Shown here: piece after piece, positions 1 to 11,046 of the stretch
Layout: each line of letters starts with the position of its first letter
Numbering within the stretch: position 1 is the first letter of the stretch
Origin: Escherichia coli
GTDB lineage: Bacteria; Pseudomonadota; Gammaproteobacteria; Enterobacterales; Enterobacteriaceae
DNA: 64,000 bases
Reading direction: 5' to 3' (one strand)
Assembly: GCF_017348835.2 (NCBI RefSeq)
Contig: NZ_CP071375.1
Program-made: the position numbers and the translations under genes
Notes under the pieces: generated by a model
Told to the model about the DNA's origin: nothing
Databases searched by the model: none
Seen by the model: the letters and a program-made list of their open reading frames with translations, nothing else

Positions 1-1
1 G

Positions 2-1114
2 GTGGAAGGCAAACTGATCGACAAAGTGGGCCAGTTAGGCAAAAAGCTGCATACCGGGCGTAGTCGTAATGATCAGGTAGCGACTGACCTGAAACTGTGG
101 TGCAAAGATACCGTTAGTGAGTTACTGACGGCTAACCGGCAGCTGCAATCGGCGCTGGTGGAAACCGCACAAAACAATCAGGACGCGGTCATGCCAGGTT
201 ACACTCACCTGCAACGCGCCCAGCCGGTGACGTTCGCGCACTGGTGCCTGGCCTATGTTGAGATGCTGGCGCGTGATGAAAGCCGTTTGCAGGATGCGCT
301 TAAGCGTCTGGATGTCAGCCCATTAGGCTGTGGCGCGCTGGCGGGAACGGCTTATGAGATCGACCGTGAACAGTTAGCTGGCTGGCTGGGCTTTGCTTCA
401 GCGACCCGTAACAGTCTCGACAGCGTTTCTGACCGTGACCACGTGCTGGAACTGCTTTCTGCTGCCGCTATCGGCATGGTGCATCTGTCGCGTTTTGCTG
501 AAGATCTGATTTTCTTTAACACCGGCGAAGCGGGGTTTGTGGAGCTTTCTGACCGCGTGACTTCCGGTTCATCATTAATGCCGCAGAAGAAAAACCCGGA
601 TGCGCTGGAGCTGATTCGCGGTAAATGCGGTCGGGTGCAGGGTGCGTTAACCGGCATGATGATGACGCTGAAAGGTTTGCCGCTGGCTTACAACAAAGAT
701 ATGCAGGAAGACAAAGAAGGTCTGTTCGACGCGCTCGATACCTGGCTGGACTGCCTGCATATGGCGGCGCTGGTGCTGGACGGCATTCAGGTGAAACGTC
801 CACGTTGCCAGGAAGCGGCTCAGCAGGGTTACGCCAACGCCACCGAACTGGCGGATTACCTGGTGGCGAAAGGCGTACCTTTCCGCGAGGCGCACCATAT
901 CGTGGGTGAAGCGGTGGTGGAAGCCATTCGTCAGGGCAAACCGCTGGAAGATCTGCCGCTCGACGAGTTGCAGAAATTCAGCCCGGTGATTGGCGAAGAT
1001 GTCTATCCGATTTTGTCGCTGCAATCGTGCCTCGACAAGCGTGCGGCAAAAGGCGGCGTCTCACCGCAGCAGGTGGCCCAGGCGATTGCTTTTGCGCAGG
1101 CGCGGTTGGGGTAA
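2..1114 (+). CDS. argH: argininosuccinate lyase, C-terminal 370 codons (5' end outside the window)
   Basis: ORF open at the window edge; fumarate-lyase signature [12 protein letters not shown]; sits directly upstream of oxyS/oxyR as in E. coli. Confidence 0.92.
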   Translation: MEGKLIDKVGQLGKKLHTGRSRNDQVATDLKLWCKDTVSELLTANRQLQSALVETAQNNQDAVMPGYTHLQRAQPVTFAHWCLAYVEMLARDESRLQDALKRLDVSPLGCGALAGTAYEIDREQLAGWLGFASATRNSLDSVSDRDHVLELLSAAAIGMVHLSRFAEDLIFFNTGEAGFVELSDRVTSGSSLMPQKKNPDALELIRGKCGRVQGALTGMMMTLKGLPLAYNKDMQEDKEGLFDALDTWLDCLHMAALVLDGIQVKRPRCQEAAQQGYANATELADYLVAKGVPFREAHHIVGEAVVEAIRQGKPLEDLPLDELQKFSPVIGEDVYPILSLQSCLDKRAAKGGVSPQQVAQAIAFAQARLG

Positions 1115-1176
1115 GAACATTTATATGTACAAATTTGAGCCTGGCTTATCGCCGGGCTTTTTTATGGCAAAAAAAA

Positions 1177-1285
1177 GCGGATCCTGGAGATCCGCAAAAG
1201 TTCACGTTGGCTTTAGTTATTCGAGTTGAGAAACTCTCGAAACGGGCAGTGACTTCAAGGGTTAAAAGAGGTGCCGCTCCGTTTC
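1177..1285 (-). ncRNA. oxyS: OxyS small regulatory RNA (about 109 nt)
   Basis: Minus-strand sequence reads GAAACGGAGCGGCACCTCTTTTAACCC...GCGGATCTCCAGGATCCGC followed by a U-run, matching OxyS as I remember it; divergent from oxyR. Confidence 0.85.
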
Positions 1286-1380
1286 TGTGAGCAATTATCA
1301 GTCAGAATGCTTGATAGGGATAATCGTTCATTGCTATTCTACCTATCGCCATGAACTATCGTGGCGATGGAGGATGGATA
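1286..1380. promoter_or_regulatory. oxyR/oxyS divergent promoter region with expected OxyR operator
   Basis: Short intergenic space between the oxyS 5' end and the oxyR start; inferred from conserved locus organisation, exact sites not mapped. Confidence 0.5.
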
Positions 1381-2298
1381 ATGAATATTCGTGATCTTGA
1401 GTACCTGGTGGCATTGGCTGAACACCGCCATTTTCGGCGTGCGGCAGATTCCTGCCACGTTAGCCAGCCGACGCTTAGCGGGCAAATTCGTAAGCTGGAA
1501 GATGAGCTGGGCGTGATGTTGCTGGAGCGGACCAGCCGTAAAGTGTTGTTCACCCAGGCGGGAATGCTGCTGGTGGATCAGGCGCGTACCGTGCTGCGTG
1601 AGGTGAAAGTCCTTAAAGAGATGGCAAGCCAGCAGGGCGAGACGATGTCCGGACCGCTGCATATTGGTTTGATTCCCACGGTTGGACCGTACCTGCTACC
1701 GTATATTATCCCGATGCTGCACCAGACCTTTCCAAAGCTGGAAATGTATCTGCATGAAGCACAGACCCACCAGTTACTGGCGCAACTGGACAGCGGCAAA
1801 CTCGATTGCGTGATCCTCGCGCTGGTGAAAGAGAGCGAAGCATTCATTGAAGTGCCGTTGTTTGATGAGCCAATGTTGCTGGCTATCTATGAAGACCACC
1901 CGTGGGCGAACCGCGAATGCGTACCGATGGCCGATCTGGCTGGGGAAAAACTGCTGATGCTGGAAGATGGTCACTGTTTGCGCGATCAGGCAATGGGTTT
2001 CTGTTTTGAAGCCGGGGCGGATGAAGATACACACTTCCGCGCGACCAGCCTGGAAACTCTGCGCAACATGGTGGCGGCAGGTAGCGGGATCACTTTACTG
2101 CCTGCGCTGGCTGTGCCGCCGGAGCGCAAACGCGATGGGGTTGTTTATCTGCCGTGCATTAAGCCGGAACCACGCCGCACTATTGGCCTGGTTTATCGTC
2201 CTGGCTCACCGCTGCGCAGCCGCTATGAGCAGCTGGCAGAGGCCATCCGCGCAAGAATGGATGGCCATTTCGATAAAGTGTTAAAACAGGCGGTTTAA
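1381..2298 (+). CDS. oxyR: LysR-family oxidative stress regulator OxyR (305 aa)
   Basis: Protein begins [22 protein letters not shown]; the ORF-track start at 1351 is an upstream extension. Confidence 0.95.
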   Translation: MNIRDLEYLVALAEHRHFRRAADSCHVSQPTLSGQIRKLEDELGVMLLERTSRKVLFTQAGMLLVDQARTVLREVKVLKEMASQQGETMSGPLHIGLIPTVGPYLLPYIIPMLHQTFPKLEMYLHEAQTHQLLAQLDSGKLDCVILALVKESEAFIEVPLFDEPMLLAIYEDHPWANRECVPMADLAGEKLLMLEDGHCLRDQAMGFCFEAGADEDTHFRATSLETLRNMVAAGSGITLLPALAVPPERKRDGVVYLPCIKPEPRRTIGLVYRPGSPLRSRYEQLAEAIRARMDGHFDKVLKQAV

Positions 2299-3681
2299 AC
2301 CGTTTAACGCAGCTACCCGATAGGCTTCCGCCATCGTCGGGTAGTTAAAGGTGGTGTTGACGAAGTACTCAATAGTGTTGCCGCCACCTTTCTGTTCCAT
2401 AATCGCCTGACCGATATGAATAATTTCGGCAGCGCGCTCGCCAAAGCAGTGAATGCCCAGAATCTCTTTTGTTTCCCGATGGAACAAAATTTTCAGCGTG
2501 CCCACGTTCATGCCGACGATTTGTGCACGTGCCAGATGTTTAAACTGGGCGCGGCCCACTTCATATGGCACTTTCATCGCGGTCAGCTGCTGTTCGGTTT
2601 TGCCCACAGAGCTGATTTCCGGGATGGTGTAAATGCCGGTAGGGATATCTTCAATCAGATGCGCGGTGGCTTCGCCTTTTACCAGCGCCTGCGCGGCAAT
2701 GCGCCCCTGGTCATAGGCCGCTGATGCCAGGCTCGGATAACCAATCACGTCGCCCACCGCGTAAACGTGCGGCTGTGCGGTCTGATACATGCTGTTGACC
2801 TTCAGCTGTCCGCGACTGTCAGTTTCCAGCCCAATGTTCTGTAACGCCAGCGAATCGGTATTACCGGTACGACCGTTGGCATAGAGCAGGCAGTCAGCTT
2901 TCAGTTTTTTACCCGACTTCAGATGCATGATCACACCGTCGTCACAGCCTTCGATCTTCTCGTACTCTTCGTTGTGGCGAATCACTACGCCACTGTTCCA
3001 GAAGTGATAGGAGAGAGAATCTGACATCTCTTGATCGAGAAATGCCAGCAGGCGATCGCGGGTGTTGATCAGATCCACTTTTACATCCATACCGCGGAAG
3101 ATCGACGCATATTCACAGCCGATCACTCCAGCACCATAGATAAGTACATGGCGCGGTTCGTGGTGCATGCTAAGAATTGAGTCGCTGTCGTAAATGCGTG
3201 GATGGGTGAAATCAACATCTGTTGGATGATATGGACGAGAGCCGCAGGCAATAACAAATTTTTCAGCGGTTAGTGTTTCAACGCTGCCGTCCGGGCAATC
3301 CAGCGCCAACGTATGCTCGTCAACAAAGCGAGCGTTCCCCTGCAATATTTCACAGTGATTACGTTCGTAAAATCCCTGACGCATGCGCGTTTGTTGATTA
3401 ATCACGTTATCGGCATGGTTAAGGATATCGGCAAAAGAAGAGCGGAGCAGTCGGGAATGGTCGCTGTATAGTGGGTTTTGATTGAATTCTATAATGCGGC
3501 TGACGGCGTGACGGAGAGCTTTCGACGGGATGGTGCCCCAGTGGGTGCAACCGCCGCCAACATTTTGATAACGCTCGATAACTGCGACGCGCGCACCTTG
3601 CTTAACCAGGCCCATTGCAGCGCCTTCGCCGCCGGGGCCGGAACCTATTACTATGGCATCGTAATCGTAGGAATGTGGCAT
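2281..3681 (-). CDS. sthA: soluble pyridine nucleotide transhydrogenase (466 aa)
   Basis: FAD/NAD-binding motif [12 protein letters not shown]; convergent with oxyR with an 18-nt overlap. Confidence 0.93.
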
Positions 3682-4010
3682 GGTAGGGCTTACCTGTTCT
3701 TATACATAAAAGCAACAGAATGGTAACATTTTATCGCGGGTAAGCCAATTGATCCCCGTCATTAATCTGGCTATAGCGTGAGCGGCCTTTGCTTTGTCTG
3801 CCTCCTTCTTAACTTATTTATTCACTATTAATCGCTTTTTCTTATGGCTGATAGTTTTATCTTGCCGAAGCGTGCTTTTTTGTTATTGTCTTTATGAAAT
3901 CTTCTTATAAAACAAATATATAAATATTTTATATTGATGGGTTATTTGTATTTATACCATCAATAAAATCCGTTAATTAGCCTGTTTATAAGTGAATAAA
4001 GGAATAGCCG

Positions 4011-5177
4011 ATGATCGAACACTATATTCGAGGGTTTGAGGAAGAACTGCGTGAGATCCGCCATCAGATCCACGAAAACCCGGAGCTGGGATTACAGGAA
4101 TTTAAAACCAGTGCTTTGGTAGCGGAAAAGCTGCGCCAGTGGGGTTATGAGGTTGAGCAAGGGCTGGCGACAACCGGCGTGGTAGCCACGTTAAAAGTGG
4201 GCGACGGAGAGAAAAGTATTGGCCTGCGGGCGGATATGGATGCGTTGCCGATTTATGAAAATAGTGGCAAGCCCTGGGCCAGTAAACATCCTGGTTTAAT
4301 GCACGCCTGCGGGCATGACGGGCATACCACCATACTGCTGGGGGCCGCGCGTTATTTTGCCGAAACCCGCCGTTTTAACGGCACGTTACGTCTTATCTTC
4401 CAGCCTGCGGAAGAGATGATTAACGGCGGTGAGATCATGGTTAAAGAGGGGCTTTTTGATCGTTTCCCCTGCGATGTCATTTTCGGCATGCATAACATGC
4501 CCGGTCTGCCGGTGGGTAAGTTTTATTTCCAGCCAGGGGCACTGATGGCGTCAATGGATCAGTTCCATATTACGGTTCGTGGTTGTGGCGGACACGGTGC
4601 GATCCCGCACAAAGCCATCGATCCGGTGCTGGTTGCCGCACATATCACTACCGCATTACAAAGCATTGTGTCGCGCAATGTCGATCCGCTGGAAGCGGCG
4701 GTAATTACCGTTGGCAGCATTGTTGCAGGGGAGGCGGCTAACGTCATTCCTGACAGTGCTGAGATGAAAATCAGCGTCCGCTCTCTTAGCCGCGATACCC
4801 GACAACTTCTTCTGACCCGTATTCCTGCTTTGGCACAGGCCCAGGCTGCCAGCTTTGGTGCTACGGCTGAGGTTACGCATGTTAACGGTACACCGGTATT
4901 AGTGAATGACGAGGAGATGGCGCGCTTCGCCTGGCAGGTGGCGTGTAAAACGTTTGGTGAAGATCGGGCCGAGTTTGGCATCAAGCCCCTGATGGGCAGT
5001 GAGGATTTCTCTTTCATGCTGGAAGCCCAACCCAAAGGCGGTTTCCTGTTATTCGGTAATGGCGATGTCGGGGAGGGTTCCTGCATGGTGCATAACCCGG
5101 GTTACGACTTCAACGATGCAAGTCTGGTCCCGGCAAGCAGCTACTGGGGCGCACTGGTAGAAGCCTGGCTGCAATAA
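4011..5177 (+). CDS. M20/M20D-family amidohydrolase (hippurate hydrolase / N-acyl-amino-acid amidohydrolase-like), 388 aa
   Basis: Metal-ligand context HACGHDGHT and overall M20D-like sequence; AT-rich upstream region; substrate cannot be told from sequence. Confidence 0.8.
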   Translation: MIEHYIRGFEEELREIRHQIHENPELGLQEFKTSALVAEKLRQWGYEVEQGLATTGVVATLKVGDGEKSIGLRADMDALPIYENSGKPWASKHPGLMHACGHDGHTTILLGAARYFAETRRFNGTLRLIFQPAEEMINGGEIMVKEGLFDRFPCDVIFGMHNMPGLPVGKFYFQPGALMASMDQFHITVRGCGGHGAIPHKAIDPVLVAAHITTALQSIVSRNVDPLEAAVITVGSIVAGEAANVIPDSAEMKISVRSLSRDTRQLLLTRIPALAQAQAASFGATAEVTHVNGTPVLVNDEEMARFAWQVACKTFGEDRAEFGIKPLMGSEDFSFMLEAQPKGGFLLFGNGDVGEGSCMVHNPGYDFNDASLVPASSYWGALVEAWLQ

Positions 5178-5220
5178 ATAAAAAAACAACACAACAACTC
5201 TTTATGGCAAGGAATATGGA

Positions 5221-6541
5221 ATGACGGCGATCGTAAATGAAAGCGTGAGTGTGAAGAAAAAGCCTAGTGGCAGGCGGGTGATTTTTGCTTCGGCGTTTGG
5301 CAATGCGCTCGAATTTTTTGATTTTGGCGTTTACAACTTTTTTGTGGTCTATATCAGTACGCTATTTTTCCCGCCCAGCGCTGATCACAATGTCGCGCTG
5401 TTACTGGCATTTGCAACGTTTGGCGTGAGTTTTTTTATGCGCCCGCTTGGTGGAATTATCGTCGGGGCCTGGGCCGATCGTTTCGGACGCAAACCCGCGA
5501 TGGTGTTCACCATTGCCCTGATGAGCCTCGGCACGTTGATGATTGGCATTGCGCCGACGTATGAAACGGCGGGCTATTGGGGAACCGCGACGCTGGTGCT
5601 AGCGCGTCTAATTCAGGGCGTTGCGGCAGGAGGCGAAGTCGGTGCCTCAATGTCTTTGTTGGTTGAATCAGCTCCGGCAAATCGTCGCGGCTTTTACAGC
5701 AGTTGGTCACTGGCGACTCAAGGCCTGGCAACAACCTTTGGTGGTGTTGTCGCTTTAGGTTTAAGTGCATGGCTGCCCTTTGCGACAGGTTCAGAAACCG
5801 TAATGGCTGAATGGGGCTGGCGTGTGCCATTTTTTATTGGCGTGTTATTAGCACCTATCGGTTGCTGGTTGCGTCTGAGCCTGGAAAATGACGTGCCTGA
5901 GCCTGCCTGTGCGCAATAAAAAAGCTGCTACCAGCGAAAGCGCGTTTTCTCTGCTCCTGCAACATAAGGCGACTATCGTTAATGGCGTTTTACTCGCTAT
6001 TGGTAGCACGGTCGCAACCTATATCTCCCTCTTTTATTACGGCACCTGGGCGGCGAAGTATCTGGCGATGCCTCAACATTATTCTCATGCAGCGATGTTA
6101 CTGGCGGGCGTTATTACGTTTGTGGGTGCGCTGCTTGTGGGGATGTTGTGCGATTCGGTCGGGCGTAAAAAGCTGATTTTAATCTCCCGTGTGATGGTGC
6201 TGATCTGTAGCTGGCCGTCATTCTGGCTGTTGGTGAATTACCCAAGCCCAGGCATGTTGCTGACGGTGGTTTTCGTGATGGTCAGCTTTACCACGCTTGG
6301 CGGTGTGCCAGTGATGTTGTTGATCTCTGAACTGTTGCCGAAACGGATTCGGGCATTGGGTTTTGCGCTGGTTTATAGCATTGGTGTGGCAATCTTTGGC
6401 GGTTTTGCTCAATATTTCGCTACGCAATCCATCGTGTTGCTGGATAGTTTGACGGCTCCGGCGTGGTATTTGGGTGGAGGCACGTTGCTGTCGATGTTGG
6501 CGTTGTTGTACGTAAAAGAACCGGCCAAAGAATTGCAGTAA
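5221..6541 (+). pseudogene. MHS-family MFS transporter (ShiA/KgtP/ProP-like) interrupted by a frameshift; two ORFs 5221-5919 and 5888-6541
   Basis: N-terminal ORF has MFS motifs (RPLGGIIVGAWADRFGRK, ARLIQGVAAGGEVG); C-terminal ORF continues the 12-TM architecture in the +1 frame; the frames overlap at 5888-5919 next to an A6 run. Confidence 0.7.
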
Positions 6542-6647
6542 ATATGTTTTATTGCGTTACCGTTCATTCACAATACTGGAGCAATCCAGTATGTTCATTC
6601 TCTGGTATAGTGCCAGCAGTACTTTTGGCAAGGATTCAGACATCGTG

Positions 6648-7295
6648 ATGGGCGTAAGAGCGCAACAAAAAGAAAAAACCCGCCGTTCGCTGGTGGAAGC
6701 CGCATTTAGCCAATTAAGTGCTGAACGCAGCTTCGCCAGCCTGAGTTTGCGTGAAGTGGCGCGTGAAGCGGGCATTGCTCCCACCTCTTTTTATCGACAT
6801 TTCCGCGACGTAGACGAACTGGGTCTGACCATGGTTGATGAGAGCGGTTTAATGCTACGCCAACTCATGCGCCAGGCGCGTCAGCGTATCGCCAAAGGCG
6901 GGAGTGTGATCCGCACCTCGGTCTCCACATTTATGGAGTTCATCGGTAATAATCCTAACGCCTTCCGGTTATTATTGCGGGAACGCTCCGGCACCTCCGC
7001 TGCGTTTCGTGCCGCCGTTGCGCGTGAAATTCAGCACTTCATTGCGGAACTTGCGGACTATCTGGAACTCGAAAACCATATGCCGCGTGCGTTTACTGAA
7101 GCGCAAGCCGAAGCAATGGTGACAATTGTCTTCAGTGCGGGTGCCGAGGCGTTGGACGTCGGCGTTGAACAACGTCGGCAATTAGAAGAGCGACTGGTAC
7201 TGCAACTGCGAATGATTTCGAAAGGGGCTTATTACTGGTATCGCCGTGAACAAGAGAAAACCGCAATTATTCCGGGAAATGTGAAGGACGAGTAA
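6648..7295 (+). CDS. fabR: TetR-family fatty-acid biosynthesis repressor FabR (215 aa; a 234-aa form would start at 6591)
   Basis: Protein [20 protein letters not shown]... with TetR HTH; ORF-track start 6552 is an upstream extension. Confidence 0.9.
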
Positions 7296-7654
7296 TGAAA
7301 CAAGCAAATCAAGATAGAGGTACGCTGCTGCTGGCGTTAGTTGCTGGCTTATCGATTAATGGTACTTTCGCAGCGCTGTTTAGCTCCATTGTGCCATTTT
7401 CTGTATTCCCGATTATTTCCCTGGTGCTGACGGTTTATTGCCTGCATCAACGTTATCTTAATCGCACTATGCCGGTAGGCTTGCCGGGTCTGGCAGCTGC
7501 CTGTTTTATTCTCGGCGTACTGCTGTACAGCACGGTAGTTCGTGCGGAATATCCGGATATCGGCTCTAACTTCTTCCCGGCAGTACTCTCCGTCATTATG
7601 GTGTTCTGGATTGGCGCGAAGATGCGTAACCGTAAGCAGGAAGTTGCTGAGTAA
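7295..7654 (+). CDS. yijD: small inner-membrane protein YijD (119 aa)
   Basis: Hydrophobic 119-aa ORF overlapping the fabR stop. Confidence 0.85.
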
Positions 7655-7662
7655 TCGGTATC

Positions 7663-7689
7663 ATGCCGGATGCTGGCGCATCCGGCATG
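7663..7689. terminator. bidirectional hairpin (REP-like) between convergent yijD and trmA
   Basis: Inverted repeat ATGCCGGATGC-TGG-CGCATCCGGCAT. Confidence 0.6.
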
Positions 7690-7693
7690 GGTT

Positions 7694-8794
7694 TTACTTC
7701 GCGGTCAGTAATACGCCGCACTCCATATGGTGCGTGTAGGGGAACTGATCAAACAGAGCCAGACGTTCGACCTTGTGCGTCTGGCTTAATGTTTCCAGAT
7801 TCTTGCATAACGTTTCCGGATTGCAGGAGATATACAGAATACGTGGATACGCCTGCACCATTTTCTCGGTTTCACTGTCCAGACCGCTGCGCGGCGGGTC
7901 GACAAAAATGGTTTCGCACTGATAGCTCTTTAAGTCGATCCCTTGCAGGCGGTTAAACTCGCGCACACCATTCATCGCCTGAGTAAATTCTTCTGCCGCC
8001 ATACGAATAATTTGTACGTTATCAATATGGTTAGCGGCAATGTTGTATTGCGCGGCAGCGACCGACGGCTTGGCGATTTCGGTGGCTAATACCCGATCAA
8101 AATTGCGCGCCAGGGCTAATGAGAAGTTACCGTTGCCGCAGTACAGCTCCAGTAAATCGCCTTTTGAGCCTTTGGTTACGTCCAGCGCCCATTCCAGCAT
8201 CTGAATATTCATCGCCGCGTTCGGCTGGGTAAAGCTGTTTTCTACCTGACGGTAGATCATCTCTTTCCCTGCGACCGGCAGACGTTCGTCGATGTAATCT
8301 TGATCCAGCGCGATTTTGGTTTTCGTTGCCCGACCAATCAGATGCACATTCAGATTCTGTGCTCGCAGTGCATCGCGCAGGGCTTCCGCTTCCTGACGCC
8401 ACTCATCATTCAGCTTTTTATGGTACAGCAAGGAAACCACCGCCTGATTACTCAGCGTGGTGAGGTAATCAATCTGGAACAACTTGTGGCGCAGAACGGG
8501 ATTATTACGCACACCCGCAATCATCGCCGTCATCAACTGGTTGATGAGTTCACTGGCGGCGGGGAAGCTATCCACGCGGATACGGCTTTTGGTTTGTTGA
8601 TCGAAAATGATGTGATACAGGTCATCGCCATCGTGCCAGATGCGGAACTCCGCACGCATCCGGTAATGACTGACCGGCGAGCGAAACACTTCCGGAACCA
8701 GGTCAGAAAACGGTGCCATCATACTTTGCAAACGTACCACTTTTTCGGCTAACTGCGCTTCATACTGTTCTGTTGGAAGGTGTTCGGGGGTCAT
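7694..8794 (-). CDS. trmA: tRNA (uracil54-C5)-methyltransferase (366 aa)
   Basis: Full-length ORF of expected size and position with SAM-methyltransferase features. Confidence 0.93.
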   Translation of the reverse strand: MTPEHLPTEQYEAQLAEKVVRLQSMMAPFSDLVPEVFRSPVSHYRMRAEFRIWHDGDDLYHIIFDQQTKSRIRVDSFPAASELINQLMTAMIAGVRNNPVLRHKLFQIDYLTTLSNQAVVSLLYHKKLNDEWRQEAEALRDALRAQNLNVHLIGRATKTKIALDQDYIDERLPVAGKEMIYRQVENSFTQPNAAMNIQMLEWALDVTKGSKGDLLELYCGNGNFSLALARNFDRVLATEIAKPSVAAAQYNIAANHIDNVQIIRMAAEEFTQAMNGVREFNRLQGIDLKSYQCETIFVDPPRSGLDSETEKMVQAYPRILYISCNPETLCKNLETLSQTHKVERLALFDQFPYTHHMECGVLLTAK

Positions 8795-8921
8795 GATGTA
8801 TCCTGAAAAATTAAAGTACGCGGCGATTGTAGGGATTGCTCATCAGATGTCCAGATCTTGATGAATTCCTATTTGTGAGCTACGTCTGGACAGTAACTTG
8901 TTACAACCTGTAGCATCCACT

Positions 8922-9162
8922 TGCCGGTCCTGTGAGTTAATAGGGAATCCAGTGCGAATCTGGAGCTGACGCGCAGCGGTAAGGAAAGGTGCGATGATTG
9001 CGTTATGCGGACACTGCCATTCGGTGGGAAGTCATCATCTCTTAGTATCTTAGATACCCCTCCAAGCCCGAAGACCTGCCGGCCAACGTCGCATCTGGTT
9101 CTCATCATCGCGTAATATTGATGAAACCTGCGGCATCCTTCTTCTATTGTGGATGCTTTACA
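8922..9162 (+). promoter_or_regulatory. btuB leader containing the adenosylcobalamin (B12) riboswitch
   Basis: Leader reads GCCGGTCCTGTGAGTTAATAGGGAATCCAGTGCGAATCTGGAGCTGACGCGCAGCGGTAAGGAAAGGTGCGATGATTGCG...GCCGGCCAACGTCGCATCTGGTTC, the btuB B12 element; boundaries approximate. Confidence 0.85.
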
Positions 9163-11046
9163 ATGATTAAAAAAGCTTCGCTGCTGACGGCGTGTTCTGT
9201 CACAGCCTTTTCTGCTTGGGCACAGGATACCAGCCCGGATACTCTCGTCGTTACTGCTAACCGTTTTCAGCAGCCAGTAAATACTGTCCTTGCACCTACT
9301 GATATTGTTACCCGTGAGGATATTCAACGCTGGCAGTCGAAAGACCTCAACGATGTTATGAGTCATCTCCCCGGTGTAAATATCTCTCAAACTGGTGGAA
9401 TGGGGACGAGTTCTTCTCTTTATGTTCGTGGCACTGAATCGCGCCATGTTTTAGTGTTGATTGACGGTGTGCCGATGGCTCGTGCCGGTATCGACAATGC
9501 AATTGATATTAGCCAGTTCCCGGTATCACTTGTACAGCGTGTTGAATATATTCGTGGGCCGCGTTCTGCCGTTTATGGTTCTGGTGCCATCGGAGGTGTG
9601 GTGAACATTATTACAATGAGTAATGATGAGAAAGCTCAGATCAACGCAGGAATGGGTACAAATGGTTATCAAGCCTATGATGGGGTAATAAATAAACGTT
9701 TTGGCGATACGATGGTAACAGCAGCAGGTGCTTACCAGACGACCAAAGGTTTTAACATTCAGCCTGGCTCACCATACAGTGGTGATAGCGATCGCGATGG
9801 ATATCGCAACAAACTTTTCTGGGGGGGGCTGCAGCATAAGTTTAACGATAACTTCTCGGGGTTCTTCCGTGGTTACAGCTACACAGCTAATAATGATTAC
9901 GACCAGGGCTCGATGTATGGTTCTGCTACTGGCAACGAAGAAGCTCAGAATTACAACCAGTCCTGGGATACTGGCCTACGCTATAACTCCGGCATCTATT
10001 CGTCTCAGTTAATTGCTAACTATCAACGACTCAAGAATTATAACTACACAAATAATCTTGGTCGTTATGCGGGAGATGCCACCCTGGATGACATGGAACA
10101 GCGTTATATTCAGTGGGGTAATAGCATTGAGGTAGGGCATGGTGCAATTAGCGGCGGGATCGATTGGAAACAGGAAAAACTGACGTCCAGCAGCATTACA
10201 AAATCAGATGATTACGAACGCGATACCACCGGGTTATACCTGACTGGACAGCAACAGATTTCCAATGTGACTTTGGAAGCTTCTGGCCGAGAAGATCATG
10301 ATGAACAGTTTGGCTGGCATGGTACCTGGCAGACAGCTGCTGGCTGGGAGTTTATTGATGGCTACCAGGCAACACTTTCTTACGGTACCAGTTTTCTTTC
10401 GCCTTCTCTTGGACAGCAATACGGGGCTGCTCGCTTTGCTTCAATTTATGGTCCTGGTATTGCAGCCAACCCAAATTTGAAGCCAGAAGAATCTAAACAG
10501 TGGGAGATTGGAATTGAGGGGGTAACTGGGACTCTGGATTGGCGGCTCTCAGGATATCGTTATGAAATTCAGAACCTGATTGATTATAAAAGCATAAATA
10601 ATGTCAACCAGTACATTAATGTGAAATCAGCCACGATTAAAGGGCTGGAATGGACGGGAAATATTACAACCGGTCCTGTTGAACATCGCTTGACGTTACA
10701 ATATGTTGACCCGCGCGATGATGAAACAGATAAAGTGCTGTACCGTCGGGCAAAACAGCAGGTTAAGTACGAGTTGACTGGACAAGCTTATGGTTTCGAA
10801 TGGGACGTTTCTTACCAATATATAGGTCAACGATACGACAACGCTTATGACGAGACCTCTGGCTCATCACATACAGTTAAATTAGGCGGTGTGAGCTTGT
10901 GGGATCTTGCGGTTGCGTATCCGGTCACCTCTCACCTGACAGTTCGTGGTAAAATAGCCAACCTGTTCGACAAAGATTATGAGACAGTCTATGGCTACCA
11001 AACTGCAGGACGGGAATACACCTTGTCTGGCAGCTACACCTTCTGA
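9163..11046 (+). CDS. btuB: TonB-dependent outer-membrane vitamin B12 receptor (about 627 aa here)
   Basis: Signal peptide MIKKASLLTACSVTAFSAWA, TonB box DTLVVTA, C-terminal aromatic residue; ORF-track start 9118 is a leader extension. Confidence 0.93.
   Translation: MIKKASLLTACSVTAFSAWAQDTSPDTLVVTANRFQQPVNTVLAPTDIVTREDIQRWQSKDLNDVMSHLPGVNISQTGGMGTSSSLYVRGTESRHVLVLIDGVPMARAGIDNAIDISQFPVSLVQRVEYIRGPRSAVYGSGAIGGVVNIITMSNDEKAQINAGMGTNGYQAYDGVINKRFGDTMVTAAGAYQTTKGFNIQPGSPYSGDSDRDGYRNKLFWGGLQHKFNDNFSGFFRGYSYTANNDYDQGSMYGSATGNEEAQNYNQSWDTGLRYNSGIYSSQLIANYQRLKNYNYTNNLGRYAGDATLDDMEQRYIQWGNSIEVGHGAISGGIDWKQEKLTSSSITKSDDYERDTTGLYLTGQQQISNVTLEASGREDHDEQFGWHGTWQTAAGWEFIDGYQATLSYGTSFLSPSLGQQYGAARFASIYGPGIAANPNLKPEESKQWEIGIEGVTGTLDWRLSGYRYEIQNLIDYKSINNVNQYINVKSATIKGLEWTGNITTGPVEHRLTLQYVDPRDDETDKVLYRRAKQQVKYELTGQAYGFEWDVSYQYIGQRYDNAYDETSGSSHTVKLGGVSLWDLAVAYPVTSHLTVRGKIANLFDKDYETVYGYQTAGREYTLSGSYTF

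Noticed and set aside
647-1024. Several 90-125-aa ORFs on both strands overlapping argH
   Set aside because: They are nested within a well-supported argH reading frame and have no independent signals.
8869-9447. 192-aa minus-strand ORF spanning the btuB leader and start
   Set aside because: It overlaps the cobalamin riboswitch and the btuB signal peptide region; the riboswitch explains the conservation of this sequence.
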